DNA of 64,000 nt from Perna viridis (lineage: Eukaryota). The translations under genes and the position numbers were made by a program. The first letter of the stretch is position 1. Each line of letters opens with the position of its first letter. The DNA lies in the NCBI GenBank assembly GCA_037379345.1, contig CM074518.1, forward strand, positions 44,791,586 through 44,855,585. Direction: 5' to 3'. Shown piece after piece: positions 39,101 to 51,644 of this stretch. Below the pieces are notes generated by a model. That model ran no database searches. It had not been told where the DNA came from and saw only the letters and a program-made list of their open reading frames with translations.

Positions 39101-41612
39101 TCTGTTGATACATTGAACAGAAGTTACTAGGGCAAAAATTGGAAATCAAAATTAACAAATAAAAAATTCCTACATAACTTCAGTAATTTTTTTTTAGGCA
39201 GACCAGAGTTTTAATAAAATATGTAAAAGCCCAATTTACCACTACACTACATTACAACTTCGGAATTTCGTTTAAGACAAGCAGAGATTATCTAAATACC
39301 GCTATCCTTTGTACAAATAACCTGTCTATGAAAGTGTTTTAAGCATGGCTTGAGGAAATTATAACAATGTACATTTACAGAACGTCTTAATGACAAAATA
39401 CAAGACACTTATTTGTTATGTTGCGAGGCTGTGGATTTTCTCAGATTATGTCAAACGAATGGACACTCAATGGTACTTGAAAATATGCAAATGGGATGTC
39501 AACAATGAATTATGAATAGCAATCCGATTTTGTGGATCCTGAACAAGTGGCCATTAACAAATTAAACAGAGAAATCCAGATTATGGTTCAAGTTTAAATA
39601 AAGTGATGCATGATTCAGATATAAGAAATCCTTCAAATATGGTGCCAGTAAAAAAAAAATCAATTGTCATTTCATCAGTGATGTACTTACATCATTTTTT
39701 TTTAATGATTTTATTCTTTAAATGTGCATGTAACCATAAAGCTGTACATTAAAGATCAAACAAGTTACAAAAAGTCCACCCAGAAACAAGATAGTGTACA
39801 ATGTTTACAAACCTATCTTACAACAATAACATTTATTATAGCTAATTACAACATAATTTTTATTTTTATTATCAATCTTTGAATAAGACTGGAGGTGGCA
39901 AAATGTTATCAATCTATACAATAACAAGTCAGTCTTACATGTACATGTACACAACAATGTATCAACCTCATTAATAGTTGGCTTCCCCTTTTTTATTCAG
40001 TTAAAATGGGAAAAGCATATTGGGCTCTTCAGATCTACAAGAATATGTCCTGTGTCCTGACCAAGACCATAAGTCTCATGTCCAATGTGGAAAAACCAAT
40101 TTAACACAAAAAAATGTCCACCATGGTATGCTACATTAACATTGTTCTATAACAAATCCCAGGAGTAATCCAACTGAAGCGTTCAGTGTTTTTTAAAAAT
40201 TAATCAGAAGAATAATTTGATAGAATTTCTGTCTCAATACAGCTCCAGACTCTGTATATAATAAATCAATGATCCAAGATTTATATTAAAATATTGTTGC
40301 TATTGTACAGTTGCTATTTACAATTTATTTGAACCTGATTTCATAATTCCAGTAAGTTTAACTGAGCAATTTCAACTAGCAGAGAATGGTCTTTCCTGTA
40401 TAACTACAAAAAATGTATGAGCACTGAACTTGAATTTATAACTAGTAGTTTGTGCTTGGAAAAACACATTATTATGATTGATAAAATGTGAATTTTCAAC
40501 ATTCAGCAAAAATCAACCCACTTTTCTAGGAAATAATACATGTTTTATGATAAACATGTCCATGTAACTGAACAATTTTATTTTGACAGCATTTACATGT
40601 ATCAATATGCTCAATGGGAGAAAGTGTAGTTATATTCAAGATTTCATTTACATTGAATTATTGATATTGGCATGTGCCTACAATCACAAATATATATATT
40701 TATACTAAAAACTTCAACAAATGCCAGTTTTGCAAAATAAAAGTCAATTTGGCATCTCAAATAATAAAATACAAACAAAGTGTCATATTTGCCAATTTAA
40801 GTGTTCACAATATTCTATTGAAAACTAAAAATATATATCCTAAGGCAAATTGATTGTATTAATACTTAACTAATTGTTTCTAATCCCTATATCATAAACC
40901 TATCTGCACTAACATTTTAATTGGATTTCTGCTAATTGGATCAGTTATAATAATTTTTCCAAATTCCTAAACTATTTGACTTGGTTTTAGAAAGAAAATA
41001 AACAACATCATGTTCCTTTCATGTAAAGTAGTATATATGGTTACATTTCTATTGAAATGTAACCTTATATTAGCATATTATATATGTTAAGAAAATCTGT
41101 CTAATTAAGAGTAATTCTAAACTAGTGGGATTATAACTATAGATGAGTCTTTTTGTCATTTTCGTCTTTGATGTGGAAAGATCAAAGAATATCCAAAGTC
41201 TGAAGAAGAGTAATTAAATTTATACAGGTAGATGCCAGGTATATTTTTGTCTGATGCAAAAATATCTTTTCCAACAATTTATTGAATTCATTGCCATTTT
41301 GATGGAATTTCAAGTGTTTATACCTTAACAAAATGCATTACGCGGAGGATCAAAGCCGCTTTGTGTATCCAGGTGTTAAATAAAATGTCGTCTATTTTAG
41401 GTCTAAGCCAGTAAAAACAAAATGGTGAATTATAAATTGTGTACTTACATTGGGTTTGTTTTATTCCAAAACAAAGGTGGTAATTTTTTCCCTGTGCTAG
41501 TCACTGATACTGCAGGCATACAAAAACTTGTAAAAGGTATCAACAATATAAAATACTGCACGTTCAAAAACATTCCCCAAGAAAATTTTAGGAGAATTCT
41601 CCAAGTCCTCAT
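11949..41612 (-). CDS. Efn: Ephrin (Eph-receptor ligand), 296 aa, predicted GPI-anchored; join(complement 41449-41612, 17915-18035, 15869-16043, 15457-15576, 12486-12629, 11949-12115)
   Basis: Spliced by hand. All introns are GT-AG with compatible phases (2,0,1,1,1), and 164+121+175+120+144+167=891 nt is open to a TAG. The protein has the ephrin hallmarks LFWNKTNPIF, DSIDVFCPFY, EYYVIYLVSKEEYEQC, IINCSNP, DFSSGESYYMMTTSTG..GL.NQ and AC..KNMRL, followed by a Thr-rich stalk and a hydrophobic tail. Confidence 0.92.
12486..12629 (-). CDS. Efn: Ephrin coding exon 5 (Thr/Ser/Arg/Pro-rich mucin-like stalk)
   Basis: Acceptor tttatctgtag, donor gtaag. Encodes DSTTSSTTTRGGQTRSPSTTRQTTRATTTARPTTTPTTLSQTTKKTPQ. 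Confidence 0.88.
12797..13240. repeat. Minisatellite: ~23-bp units followed by ~40-bp units sharing a tggtgaaggc core (ephrin intron 4)
   Basis: Repeated atagtggtgaaagtctccctgaac and atagtgtgcattagtggtgaaggcttattcttcctgaatt. Confidence 0.85.
13514..13695. mobile_element. MITE (TACTGTGAAA...TTTCACAGTA), partly deleted copy
   Basis: Terminal inverted repeats including TA. The interior is the reverse complement of 36934-37143. Confidence 0.85.
13742..14117. mobile_element. MITE-like non-autonomous DNA transposon (~376 bp)
   Basis: Imperfect TIR tacagtccttgaacagatcc / ggatcggttcaagtattgta. The interior is CpG-rich with a duplicated gacagat...gatcga(c/t)aac.gat block. Confidence 0.7.
14887..14904 (-). 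CDS. Efn: Candidate 18-nt microexon of the ephrin gene (GKPCSC)
   Basis: caatag|GAAAACCGTGTAGTTGCT|gtgagt. Phase 1-1, frame-preserving and stop-free between exons 4 and 5. Confidence 0.5.
15457..15576 (-). CDS. Efn: Ephrin coding exon 4
   Basis: Acceptor ctatatttag, donor G|gtatgg. Encodes TTSTGGPGGLSNQYKEFSACYKKNMRLRIDICCTTNSTSS, matching the ephrin STS.G...GL.N....C....M.L segment. Confidence 0.9.
15869..16043 (-). CDS. Efn: Ephrin coding exon 3 (contains G-H loop)
   Basis: Acceptor tttcaag, donor gtaagt. Encodes VSKEEYEQCTLFEPNKSLMIINCSNPSQSDIFFTIWMDPFNGIPNQPDFSSGESYYMM (ORF track 15852..16043). Confidence 0.93.
17050..17870 (+). mobile_element. Helentron-associated/pearl-like non-autonomous element with decayed ~150-230-bp internal repeats
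   Basis: Recurring ttttgg(g/t)ccc...aaaatcaat motifs at ~17165, 17325, 17470, 17700. Ends in a hairpin accaca..tgtggt followed by attaaaa. Family assignment is from resemblance only. Confidence 0.45.
17915..18035 (-). CDS. Efn: Ephrin coding exon 2
   Basis: Acceptor ttttcttgcag, donor gtaagt. Encodes (I)FSTSTENKITVNLFDSIDVFCPFYHPSSNKSAWEYYVIYL. Confidence 0.92.
22298..22722. repeat. Minisatellite, 44-bp unit x~10
   Basis: gtaatcaactacatgtaatacattactgtgattacattgatcag, at 44-bp spacing from 22301. Confidence 0.9.
23925..24137. repeat. Minisatellite, 42-bp unit x5
   Basis: gggaagaaagctctgagaccagtgtaagaagaaagctggtat. Confidence 0.92.
26178..26775. repeat. Minisatellite, 43-bp unit x~14
   Basis: cctgaaatataaacccacagaaagtgactggttggcactgcag, near-identical copies. 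Confidence 0.96.
27293..27565 (+). mobile_element. 3' UTR fragment of the same Penelope-like family, in ephrin intron 1
   Basis: Aligns with 6410-6672 (ccccggacttgact...cccttgattactct). Confidence 0.85.
29915..30295. repeat. Minisatellite, ~55-62-bp G-tract unit x~6
   Basis: ccaccagttgttagagactacacaggcccataaagcctgttcaaaggaaagggggaca variants. An isolated related unit lies at ~29645-29705. Confidence 0.88.
31305..31505. repeat. Minisatellite, ~29-bp unit x7
   Basis: atgttcatccctgcccccttttaacaat variants. Confidence 0.88.
32173..34086. repeat. Satellite array, 58-bp unit x~33 (ephrin intron 1)
   Basis: gtgtaactataaccatgaccaaggaactagccagaacattaattagaccttgtttata, highly homogeneous. Confidence 0.97.
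34960..35420. repeat. Minisatellite with alternating 75- and 62-bp units
   Basis: aggaccaggt anchors at about 34976, 35051, 35113, 35188, 35250, 35325, 35400. Confidence 0.9.
35597..35696. repeat. Tandem duplication (~52 bp x2)
   Basis: acagaaaattccatggagaaaacacacacacactaatatcccttggag occurs twice. Confidence 0.9.
36934..37143. mobile_element. MITE, 210 bp, same family as 13514-13695
   Basis: 15-bp perfect TIR tactgtgaaagtact/agtactttcacagta, with internal (c)cacgaaaatt motifs. Confidence 0.88.
41449..41612 (-). CDS. Efn: Ephrin coding exon 1 (signal peptide + start of receptor-binding domain)
   Basis: MRTWRILLKFSWGMFLNVQYFILLIPFTSFCMPAVSVTSTGKKLPPLFWNKTNP. Ends AT|gtaagt. WNxxNP joins exon 2 to give the ephrin WNxxNPxF motif. 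Confidence 0.88.
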
Positions 41613-41779
41613 AATGACATTTCATCAAAAACACACATTTGTTTAAACAATTTCAGCCGAACGGTAAACAGATCATTTTCTAATTTTCTCCGATATGAAA
41701 AAATCCATAGCACAAGAATTCGTTAAATTTTAGCCATGTTTCATCTCTGTACTACTGATCAATTGTGTTTTGAATGAAA

Positions 41780-41850
41780 TCAACAACTGAATAGACCCGC
41801 CGGGTCACATGACCGTAGATCACTGCGGGGTTCACAGTGGGGGATTTAAT
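41780..41850 (-). promoter_or_regulatory. Putative ephrin core promoter
   Basis: Local GC/CpG-rich patch. Minus-strand initiator-like TCAGTT at 41785-41790 and a near-palindromic extended E-box GGTCACATGACC at 41803-41814, about 180-200 nt upstream of the ATG. Confidence 0.5.
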
Positions 41851-42634
41851 ACATTTCTATTCAAATAATAGAAATACCATTTCAATGACTTTTTGTGAAA
41901 GGCAGTTTATTAAAAATCAGTTTGTCAATTTTAAAAGATTTTTTTATACACCTTTTATAAAAATGAGCAGCTATATAGTTATAAAATCTCGTGTACAATT
42001 CTCTTTAAGAAATGATTTCTGTTTTTAAGTGACATTCTGCCTCATAATAAAATATTGATTCTAAACATGAAAACAAAATTTTGAATGACAAGATATTGAT
42101 TTTGCTTTTGAATACACAAAGTTAATGGTCAAACAATTAAAACTTGTTTATCTGTCATCAAAACTTTTTTTATCAAAACAAACTCACTGGTATGTAAAAT
42201 TCCTACACTCTACTTTATGTTAGTCAACAATCATGACTATGTCAACAACAAAAACATGAATGTATTTTTTTTTAATATTTTAGCATAAAATTGACTTCTT
42301 TCAAACACATCATAACTTTAACAATTAAGGAAATTTATTGATAGTATATTGGAGCTAAATTTCACTACTTTCTCTTAGACAAATGAAATTTTCCATAGGT
42401 CAAACCCAAGCTGTTATCTAATAGAAAATCATCTCTTCTATGAATAATTCAGAAATGAAAACCATTTGATTTTACAGAAGTAATAATCCCTGGGTTAATT
42501 TGACTTAATTATTAAAACTAATGGTCCTGCCATAGAATTCAATACAGCGAGCTAATGTATTTTAACAGGAAAACTACTATCACTTAAAGTGTTTCTCTGG
42601 AAGACAGGATCAAGTGTGTTTAAAGAATCCAAGA

Positions 42635-42780
42635 CTCTCCTGGAACCATGTATTATGGGGGAGTGTACAGGGAACAAGAAAGCCTCTACTGTTCTCCAGT
42701 CATATATTGGGGGGAGCATGTAGGGAACAGGATCGAGTCTCTACTGTTCTCCAGCCCTTCAGGGGAGCATGCAGGGAACA
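42635..42780. repeat. Short tandem repeat, ~52 bp x~3
   Basis: ggggagcatgtagggaacaggatcgagtctctactgttctccag variants. Confidence 0.7.
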
Positions 42781-45700
42781 ACTTTATGATTTAACTTATA
42801 CTGTTTTAATTGATATATAATTAAATAATCTAAAGACCTTAGTATGCAGGGAACTAGGAAAAATGCAAAGAGCTTCATTTTTAATGTTGTCAGTCCATAG
42901 TCCACGGTAAGCTTCTCTGTCAACTAAGTCTACTTCAACTGAACAAGACTTTGTGGAAACAAACCTGATAGATAAGCTGTTATTGTATAGCAATGAAGCT
43001 TATGGTTTATTGTAAATCAACTTTTTTGTGGATATTTAATCAACACAATTTGCAGTTATTTCTTTTTTTGCCATATACTCAGTCTAACATCTATTCTACT
43101 TGAATGGACTTAATCCAAAAATAAATCACTGATTAATACAACTCTAATCTGCTTTACAAGAGTAATCAAAACTCTGTAAACACTTGTTTGGATATAAAAC
43201 ACACCAACCATTTTATCCTGAAAAAGATCTCACTCCCCCCCTTTCTAATAAAATCATCAGTGCCTAATGCCATACAGAATATTCACCATAAGAGTTTGAG
43301 AAATGTTATTAAAAATGATAAAACAGGGGAGATAAAAAAATATTTGATGATCATGCTTACTATATGATTGCATCTCCCTTTGGATATGAGAGTTTACATC
43401 AGCTGGGTGATTTTTACTCCTATTACCATTAGAAGATAGGACAACTGCATGATTCTTAGAAAGAGTTATACTTATAAACAAATTCTGCCCACATCTCTCA
43501 TCCTGCTTGATGCTCACAGCCAACAAAAATGTTCAGTATTCCTCTCATCAATGGATTCAAATCATAGAATGATTTATTACACAAGAGCAAATAAAGTAAT
43601 TAGTTTGCTAATGACCCACATTAAAACCTCGTTACATTTCAATTAAAAGAAAGATAACGTTTCATAACTTGTGTGAACACACATTCTCCCCTGCAGATAA
43701 AGGTAATGTTACCTTTGAAAAATATGATTAACTTCATAAAAAGAAATATTCATGGAATTAATTATGAATCAATAGCACCAAAGGTCTGAAGACAACAAGA
43801 AACAAGAAGAAATAGAGATCAGAGAAAATGTGTCTTACTGTTATCATCATCATCCCGTTTATTTGAGAGGTAGGTTTTAGGACAGATGAGAGGTAGGTTT
43901 TAAGACAGAAACCTTCAGTGGAATTTAAGCTCTAAGGTATTACTTGTTGGAACTTTCAATAACACTGGATGTATTTTAATATAAACCTGATGAAATGTTG
44001 AACATGTTGTATTATGGTAGGCCTTAATGTTATAAAAAATCATGGTACTGAATGTTTATAACTGACTGCTATACTGTTCTGCTTTAATGTTAAAGCAATA
44101 ATTTGATTATTAAGAGGTGCATATAATCAAAAAGCAGATAATGTTAACCCTTCCAGTGCACCACATCCATTTTGCCAGTTTGATGAAGTATGTGTCCCTG
44201 ATTTGTTTTAAAATTGGTGTTCAGTGAATCAGACTCTTATTTTATTGTTGTAATTGCCACCTGACTTACAAATTTTTAGTATGGATTTTAAATTGATTAC
44301 CCTTGGTTTAAGATATAAAGGCAGATAAGAAATTCATAATAATGGCTTTACATTTTAGATCAAGTCTACTATGCTTGATGTATTGTTGTTCAAGGGAAGC
44401 AAAATTATTTTTATTCTTGGAGGCTATATGGTCAGTCTAAACTCAACCCTGCATGAAAGCTTAGTCATAACAACATACAGGAGCTTATTACCAAATACAG
44501 GAATGTGATCTAACAGATAATCATAAGTACAAATTACAATTTAGGAGGTTCTAGGGAGTGCAACTTTTACTGTGATATGTTAGGAGAAAATCAGTACAAC
44601 ATATACAACTATATAGCATAAAGAAAAGTAAAAAAAATAATAATAGAATGCTATCATATTCCAAATTTGAAATACTATAAACAAACCGACACCCAGAAAG
44701 TACAATGGATCAAAATGGAAAAGCTCTACTAATTGTATATTTACAAATTAAAGAAAGGGTATGCCTGTTCATTAGTAGAATGATTCAATATTGTATGATA
44801 CTCATATGACAATTATATTCTAATGTATTCATATCAAACAAATTGGGCTGCAGTAATCATGGGATTCTAATGATTTCTTTCCTCTTGCATCAACATAGTG
44901 CTCTGAAAATGTGTCAAAATACAATCAAACTAAAGGTTCTAGAAAAGAGCTGTCCAACATTAATTCAACACACAAAGTAACTGAATAAAACAGCATTTTG
45001 TTGTACATTTGTTTTTTTTTCATGAATTACATGTAGAAATACTTTTGTTACTGCTGGACACCTGGAAAAAATAAAATCATGGGAACAAAAGTATAACTGA
45101 CTGAACATCCAATAAATCAATACAAAAATATTGTTTGACATCATTCTGTTCTTTACAACAACACAGCTTTTAACATAAAACAGTAAATCATAAAATGTAA
45201 AGAGACAATATTTATAAATGACCTGAGGTGTAAGACAGAGTTATTCATTGTGACTCTCACTCTATGATTATGTTGACTTAAAGGGGTCATGGTCAGAAAT
45301 GACCAAAGGTCATGTTCATGTAAAGTGATTATGAGGTTTTATTTGATGTTAGAAGACAGCAATTAAAGAATTACAATTGTAGCTGTCCCATAAATATAAT
45401 AAAGAAAGGATAACAACAAACACATGATTGCTTTTTAAAGACTTATTTCCTGAAGCTCTATAATTGATAAAAACATTAATGTTATCACAGTACATATGTT
45501 CATTTTTGATAAGTAATGATACTTTTCTTTAAAAAAACGACATTTAAAAATGAATGTCCAAATTCCTCAGTATGCTGATTAAATACAAAGCACTGTAACT
45601 CCTGTATGACAGTACACATTCCAAAATGAATGCTTGATATAATACATGACCATATTGAGTAACATCACACAATTTAAACACACAATGAAACCACTTTGAA

Positions 45701-48700
45701 CTGCAGTTGTGTATAATGTATTCACAATTATAATATTCTAACAAATCATTTAAAATGACAGAAAATCTTCTTACAATTCTCATTAAAATTCAATATGACA
45801 GAACTTATATCAACCACAGGTTTATAATGAATACATAACTGCATAAATTATGATGAAGTTTATGAACTCCTTCACTGTAAAGTTAAACCCCTTCTAAGTT
45901 CCATGTCAACTAAGTCAACATTACTACCAAATTGATGCTGTTATTATGAATAATATTCCCTATAAATACAAAATGCATATGAATAGCACTGTACTTAAGA
46001 CTTTTAATTTAACCATTACAAATTTTCTTCTCAAATAACATTTCCTATATGTAATAAGAAATAGAGGAGGGGTTTAAACAGACATTACACAATTTTATAC
46101 AAAAATAACTAAATAAAGGATTTCTTTTACTTTGATCTTCTGAGTGTTTACTTTTTTGCACACTTCTTTTAACACTGTCCATGTTGAGCAAACTAATTTG
46201 AAGCAAATGAGAGCCTTACTTGAACAAATTACTATCTTGTCAAAAGAAATTTCTCCATCAATAATAATTACATTCAGTCAACTCCCCATTTGACTAAGAA
46301 TATGATTCCTACAAAATGGGCTTGAACAAAATCAGTGACCATGAAATTATTTGAGGAATCTTGGATAACATAAGAACTATGTCCGCATTAGCTTCCACCA
46401 TCAATTCAGAAAAAGGTGCATTCAAGTCTCATAAAATATATCATCTGAGAAAGCTAGGGGTAAAGGAAAAATGATATCTATACAGTAATGTAAAGATATG
46501 ATTTCTCTGTTTCTGCTTCCATCTTCATGGTTGAAGTGACCATTTTTCATACTTTCCCCCCTAAAGATATTTGCCTCATCCCTTCCATTCTTTTAATACA
46601 AGCAATAAATGGCTTAGGTATAGAAGGAATTCAGAAGTTATAATTGTAGTGTGCCCCACAACAAAATCTGTTTCTGCATCTGTGACATCAATTTATAGTC
46701 TTAATAACTGTAATTATAAATGTAAAAAACCTTTTATTTCATGATTTCAGAAGAACATATTTTCCACCAATTTTCCTTTTATGACAATTTTGAAATGTTG
46801 CGTTCCTTCACACATTTTAGTATTACTTCCATTTAAAAATGTAAAGTATTTGGCAATTTTTGAAATAAAATGAATATTTTGTCATCTAGTGTCATAATTT
46901 TGATCTTTCATAGCCATATAACATATTTTATGACTGAGCTAATATAAGACCATAAGGTTTTAACATGGTCATAAATATTTCTCACAGTAAAAAGCACTTT
47001 ATTAACACTTGTAATTAATGGATTGTAAACTATCCTATGACAGTACATTATCTTAGATTGCACTCACTGCAATTATGATATTTTTAAAGTCAATTTTGTA
47101 AACAAAAAATTCATTTACAAAACATTTCCTGAATGTTATATCAATATGAATCACATTTTGATTGAGGCATTGGAGTAGCCAACAATTTTTCTGAATTTGT
47201 GTCTCTTGATGCCCATGATGCAGATTTAGACCACAGCTCATAATGATAATGCATTAAGTACTCTACATACACTGTGTGAAGATCAGTCATGGAACTGCTT
47301 CATTTCATTCTTTTCTTGAGATTTTTCAAGGAACAATCCAAAATATATATATGAACTATTTTATGAGAATATTCAATTTATCTCTCGGTGCAAACAATAT
47401 CAAAGATATAATGCACTTCCTGTCTACCCTGCTTTAAATTAACAAATGATATGGCAATAACGATGCACTATATGAAGGCGTATTCTATCGCTGCAAGTCA
47501 AACATGTTTTTGATGTGGCTGTTAACTGATTCTACTTAATTGACATATGAAGTTAACCCAGGCAAAACAATTGCTTTATTTGAAAAGATACGATCTTGTA
47601 AGAAAACACATTTTGTCTAAATTGTTTTTATATAGAATTTGTCATCATTGAAATTGCTGTAAAATTTGCCTTTAAAATGAACTTGATTGATAATGGTATA
47701 GAAGTAAACATTGTCGATGATATAGTACAGCAATGTTACACAGATTCTCTCCTGATATTTGGTTCAGTAAATCAATTTTATGGAGCAAGTCTTTATCAAA
47801 AGACAAATGTTTTAATTTTATCTGATTTTCCAATGACATTATTGACATTCCTGAATAAAATATCAATTTTGCCTCCATATACAGTTTTGTTTTAAATTTT
47901 GATGATGATTGAAGAATGATTCAGATCTATCGATATTTTACAACTTTAATGACAGAAATTGTCCTACTTACTACACTGATAAATTAATGCCATCACATGC
48001 AAATCTTTGGAATCGGTAGAAATTTTACATGCTGTGTATTGATGTGTAGGAACTTTTTTTTTATTTAACAACATTCTACCTATCTATATGTATAAATAAA
48101 TATGTTCCTACTAAAACTAGGATAATCTAAATAAAATGAAAAATCTGGAAAAATGAACCAGGTTTTTTTTGTATTCTGAATGCTCTTTTTCCTAACAAAA
48201 ACTATTTTTGTAATTACCCGTCTTTAAATCTTTTATAATGCAATGATCAATGACAACATCAGGAGTATGATTCCTACTAACTTTGACCTATCAGTAATGC
48301 ATGCTTAAATAAGTTATATCTTAACAATAAAATTATAACCAGATAATTTCACCAGACAATGAGGCATCAATTTGATTAGCTTCAAAAACAACATATCTTG
48401 AATGCTGCCATAATTATAACTGAGTTTTCTGATAGGATCCCAGTATGCAGATATATGACAAACATGCTATGGTCAGCTCATTCCCTGGGGACCAATTGTA
48501 TAGGCAGTGTCTTATTAAATTAATCCTGGAGTTAATGATCTCAAGTACCAGACTTGAACATTATTAGACTTTGTTTCAATTATTATCTTTTTCTAAAAAT
48601 TAGTTTTATTAATTTCTAATTAAGTATCACAAATATATGCCAATTGATTGTTCCTTAATTTGCATCTATTTAGTAACATAACATGGCCATCAGTTAATTT

Positions 48701-51644
48701 TGTTTTAAACACTACAGTAACACAGAAACTCTGTTCCACTAGTCCCATAATGTAAGTAGATTGATTTCAACATTGCAACTTGAAGTAAAACTTCTGATTC
48801 AGTAGGTTTACATTTTATTGATTTTCTCATCCAGAAAATCTTTTTCTAAACTTTTCACCTGAAGTATTTTAAATGCATATCAATCATCTTATCAAACATT
48901 TAATTAACTTATCAAATGTGATTTTAATTTCAGATAAAGGATTCACTCCTAGCTCTGAGGAGTTTCAAAATAGCCCCACCCCACACAGAGTGATCTGACC
49001 AGATGGTCTCCCTTCACATGACCTCAATAAATCACTGCATGACCGATCATAATTAAACCTTCACAGCATCCAATAATTCAGTGATAAGTAGATTTAAGTC
49101 TTCACTTCTCATCAGAAAATTATAAAGTTAATTATTTTGAGCAGATGATAGGTTGGTACTAAATACACATTAATGCATTAATAATTAAAATTGTCAGATA
49201 ACAGATAAGATAAAAGAGTTATGTCCCTTACTGTCAAATTTCAAAGCCTAATGTTAATATTTATGCATAGAACAACACTTAAAATATAGTTACAACAAGG
49301 TTTAAGTGTAAAAGTTACAGTTCTTGAGTTTAAAAACTAGTACATGTACTACAAAAATTGTGTAAGGACCCCTTGAAACATTCTATTAAATCCATTATAT
49401 ATAAACTAAGTAGATCTGGATAAATAGGAGAGGTGGTGACTTAATAATGCTTTTTACTTCAAACTGCAAAAAAAACTGACAGCAAAACAATATTATTCTG
49501 AATAGTAGCAATAAATTTTCTTTCTTCATTTTAGTTTTTAAACATTTTAAAAATATAAATAATAAATACTAAATATGTCTTTAAATTATACAATGTACAG
49601 GTACTTCATCATATGAGCTGAGGCTTCAGGACCCAAGGAATTTATATTATGGACAGTAATAGAAAATTATAAAGAAAACTTCAAATATCAGGTTTGGGAT
49701 TTATACTACAATACTACAATACTACATTTCAAAAAAAACATTTCAAGTTAAAAACTCTGTTTTCTTTATTTATTAAACATAAACACATGCTGCTTAAAAC
49801 TATTGATTATTTCACAATTCCAATAATTATGATAAACTGTTATTCAAAAAATAAAGAGCAAATCAAGAACACTCTGACAGAATTTGTAAAAAGTCAAACA
49901 TTTATGACTGTCTGGACATTATTGTCACCCATGTGCTTCCCATGGTTCTATTAACAGGAAACAGCAAAGCATGCTGGGATAATTACTCTACTGTCTGGTC
50001 ATTATATACAGACAAGATTAAGGTGTTTGAAGTTATTATTACTTAACAACTTGGATGACCCTTGTCTGTCTATGGATTAGCAATGTTTGAACTTTAACCT
50101 CTTCACACCTAGTGTCAAAATGACAAATATTTTTATTATCTCATAAAGTCTAAGCCTCAAATATCTTCAATTTGACATAATGTTTAGAAAATTACTTATT
50201 TCAATTTATTTTCTGATTAATTCAACACTTTTATGTTTAAACAATTTCAGGGGTTCACAATAACCAATTTAAATAAAATAGTTTACTATGTTGAGACCAA
50301 ATCAAAGAGAATATACCTTGATCCTTACAAGAAATTCAATGAATATTTAATTGGTCAAATTATTCATTTGTTATATAACATTTAATGTGCATTATTTTTG
50401 GAAGTTCCAAGGAAAACAATGAACCAAAATTATACAACAGCACAAAATTTGCTCATTATTCATATTTCTATCAAAATGAACTGTAAATTCAACACTTTTC
50501 ATTATGACAAAATGACAGTTCTTAATATAAAATAATTTATGTTACAAATAGTTCAAAATCTTTATGATTGAAGTTAATAAAAAAATATAAAAAAGACTCA
50601 TAAAGTTGTCATTTCAAATGTATTGACAATTCTCAATTAGATTCCTTTGTAACAAATTGATGATCTTAATTTGACAAAAATCTACTTCAACATGTTTGTC
50701 AAAATTCTAATGAGTTGATGAAATTCTATAATTGTTAAAGTGAAGTTTTCATTATTACACTGTCATTCAGATATTTAACATCATTTCTTTACTTTAACTA
50801 CAGCACAAACTCTCTAATTGTTTCTACTGAAAGAACAAATAAAACAAGGTTGGAAAAATACTTGAACCACAATAAAAGCCAAACTAAATCTGAAATAACT
50901 CTGATGCCATAAACAAACAAGGTTTGTATCACAAACAATTGGTGATCAGACAATTTTTATGACATTCTTTGCCCACCAATCTGAGACCAGCTATCCTCTA
51001 CTTATAACCAAAATTATTTCTGCAACATTAGTAAAGTGCTAGCAGGCAATATAAATTAACATTTCAGACTTCACAGACCTACAGATCTAAGAATTCATAT
51101 GTAGAACTCCCAGTATTTATACTACAGACATAGTACAGATGGCCTCATACTATCTATGTGTTATACAAGATATTTCTGGTTTTATAAACTGTTTATAGTT
51201 TGTTAAAGAGAGAAATGTTGTTTTCATTCTCCTAATTGACATAATGGATAACAATGACATAATGGATGCTGCTGAGAACGAGATTCTCATCATGTTGGTG
51301 GCAAACTAGAAAACCTGGTATGGCCTGAATAGCTTGTCCTAGTCTCAGCATAAGTAGTCTTAAACATGTTTTGTTGTTCATATCATTATACCATATGTAG
51401 GACTTTTCTTTGAATTGAAATAGCATTGCCTTTTATAGGCAGTAAAATATTGTGTTTTATGGGCATGTAATATATTTTAGAGTATGCAATTAAAGCTTAC
51501 TTGATGTAACTGAAATACAGTGAACAGACAGAGATAGGTACACAACAAGCAACACATAGCAACTGCAAGCAAGCATAACTTAAAAAACCAAAAATGACAG
51601 CAGCAACTGAAGACTGATGTCTGCATAGCAGTCAGCCTTGTGTA

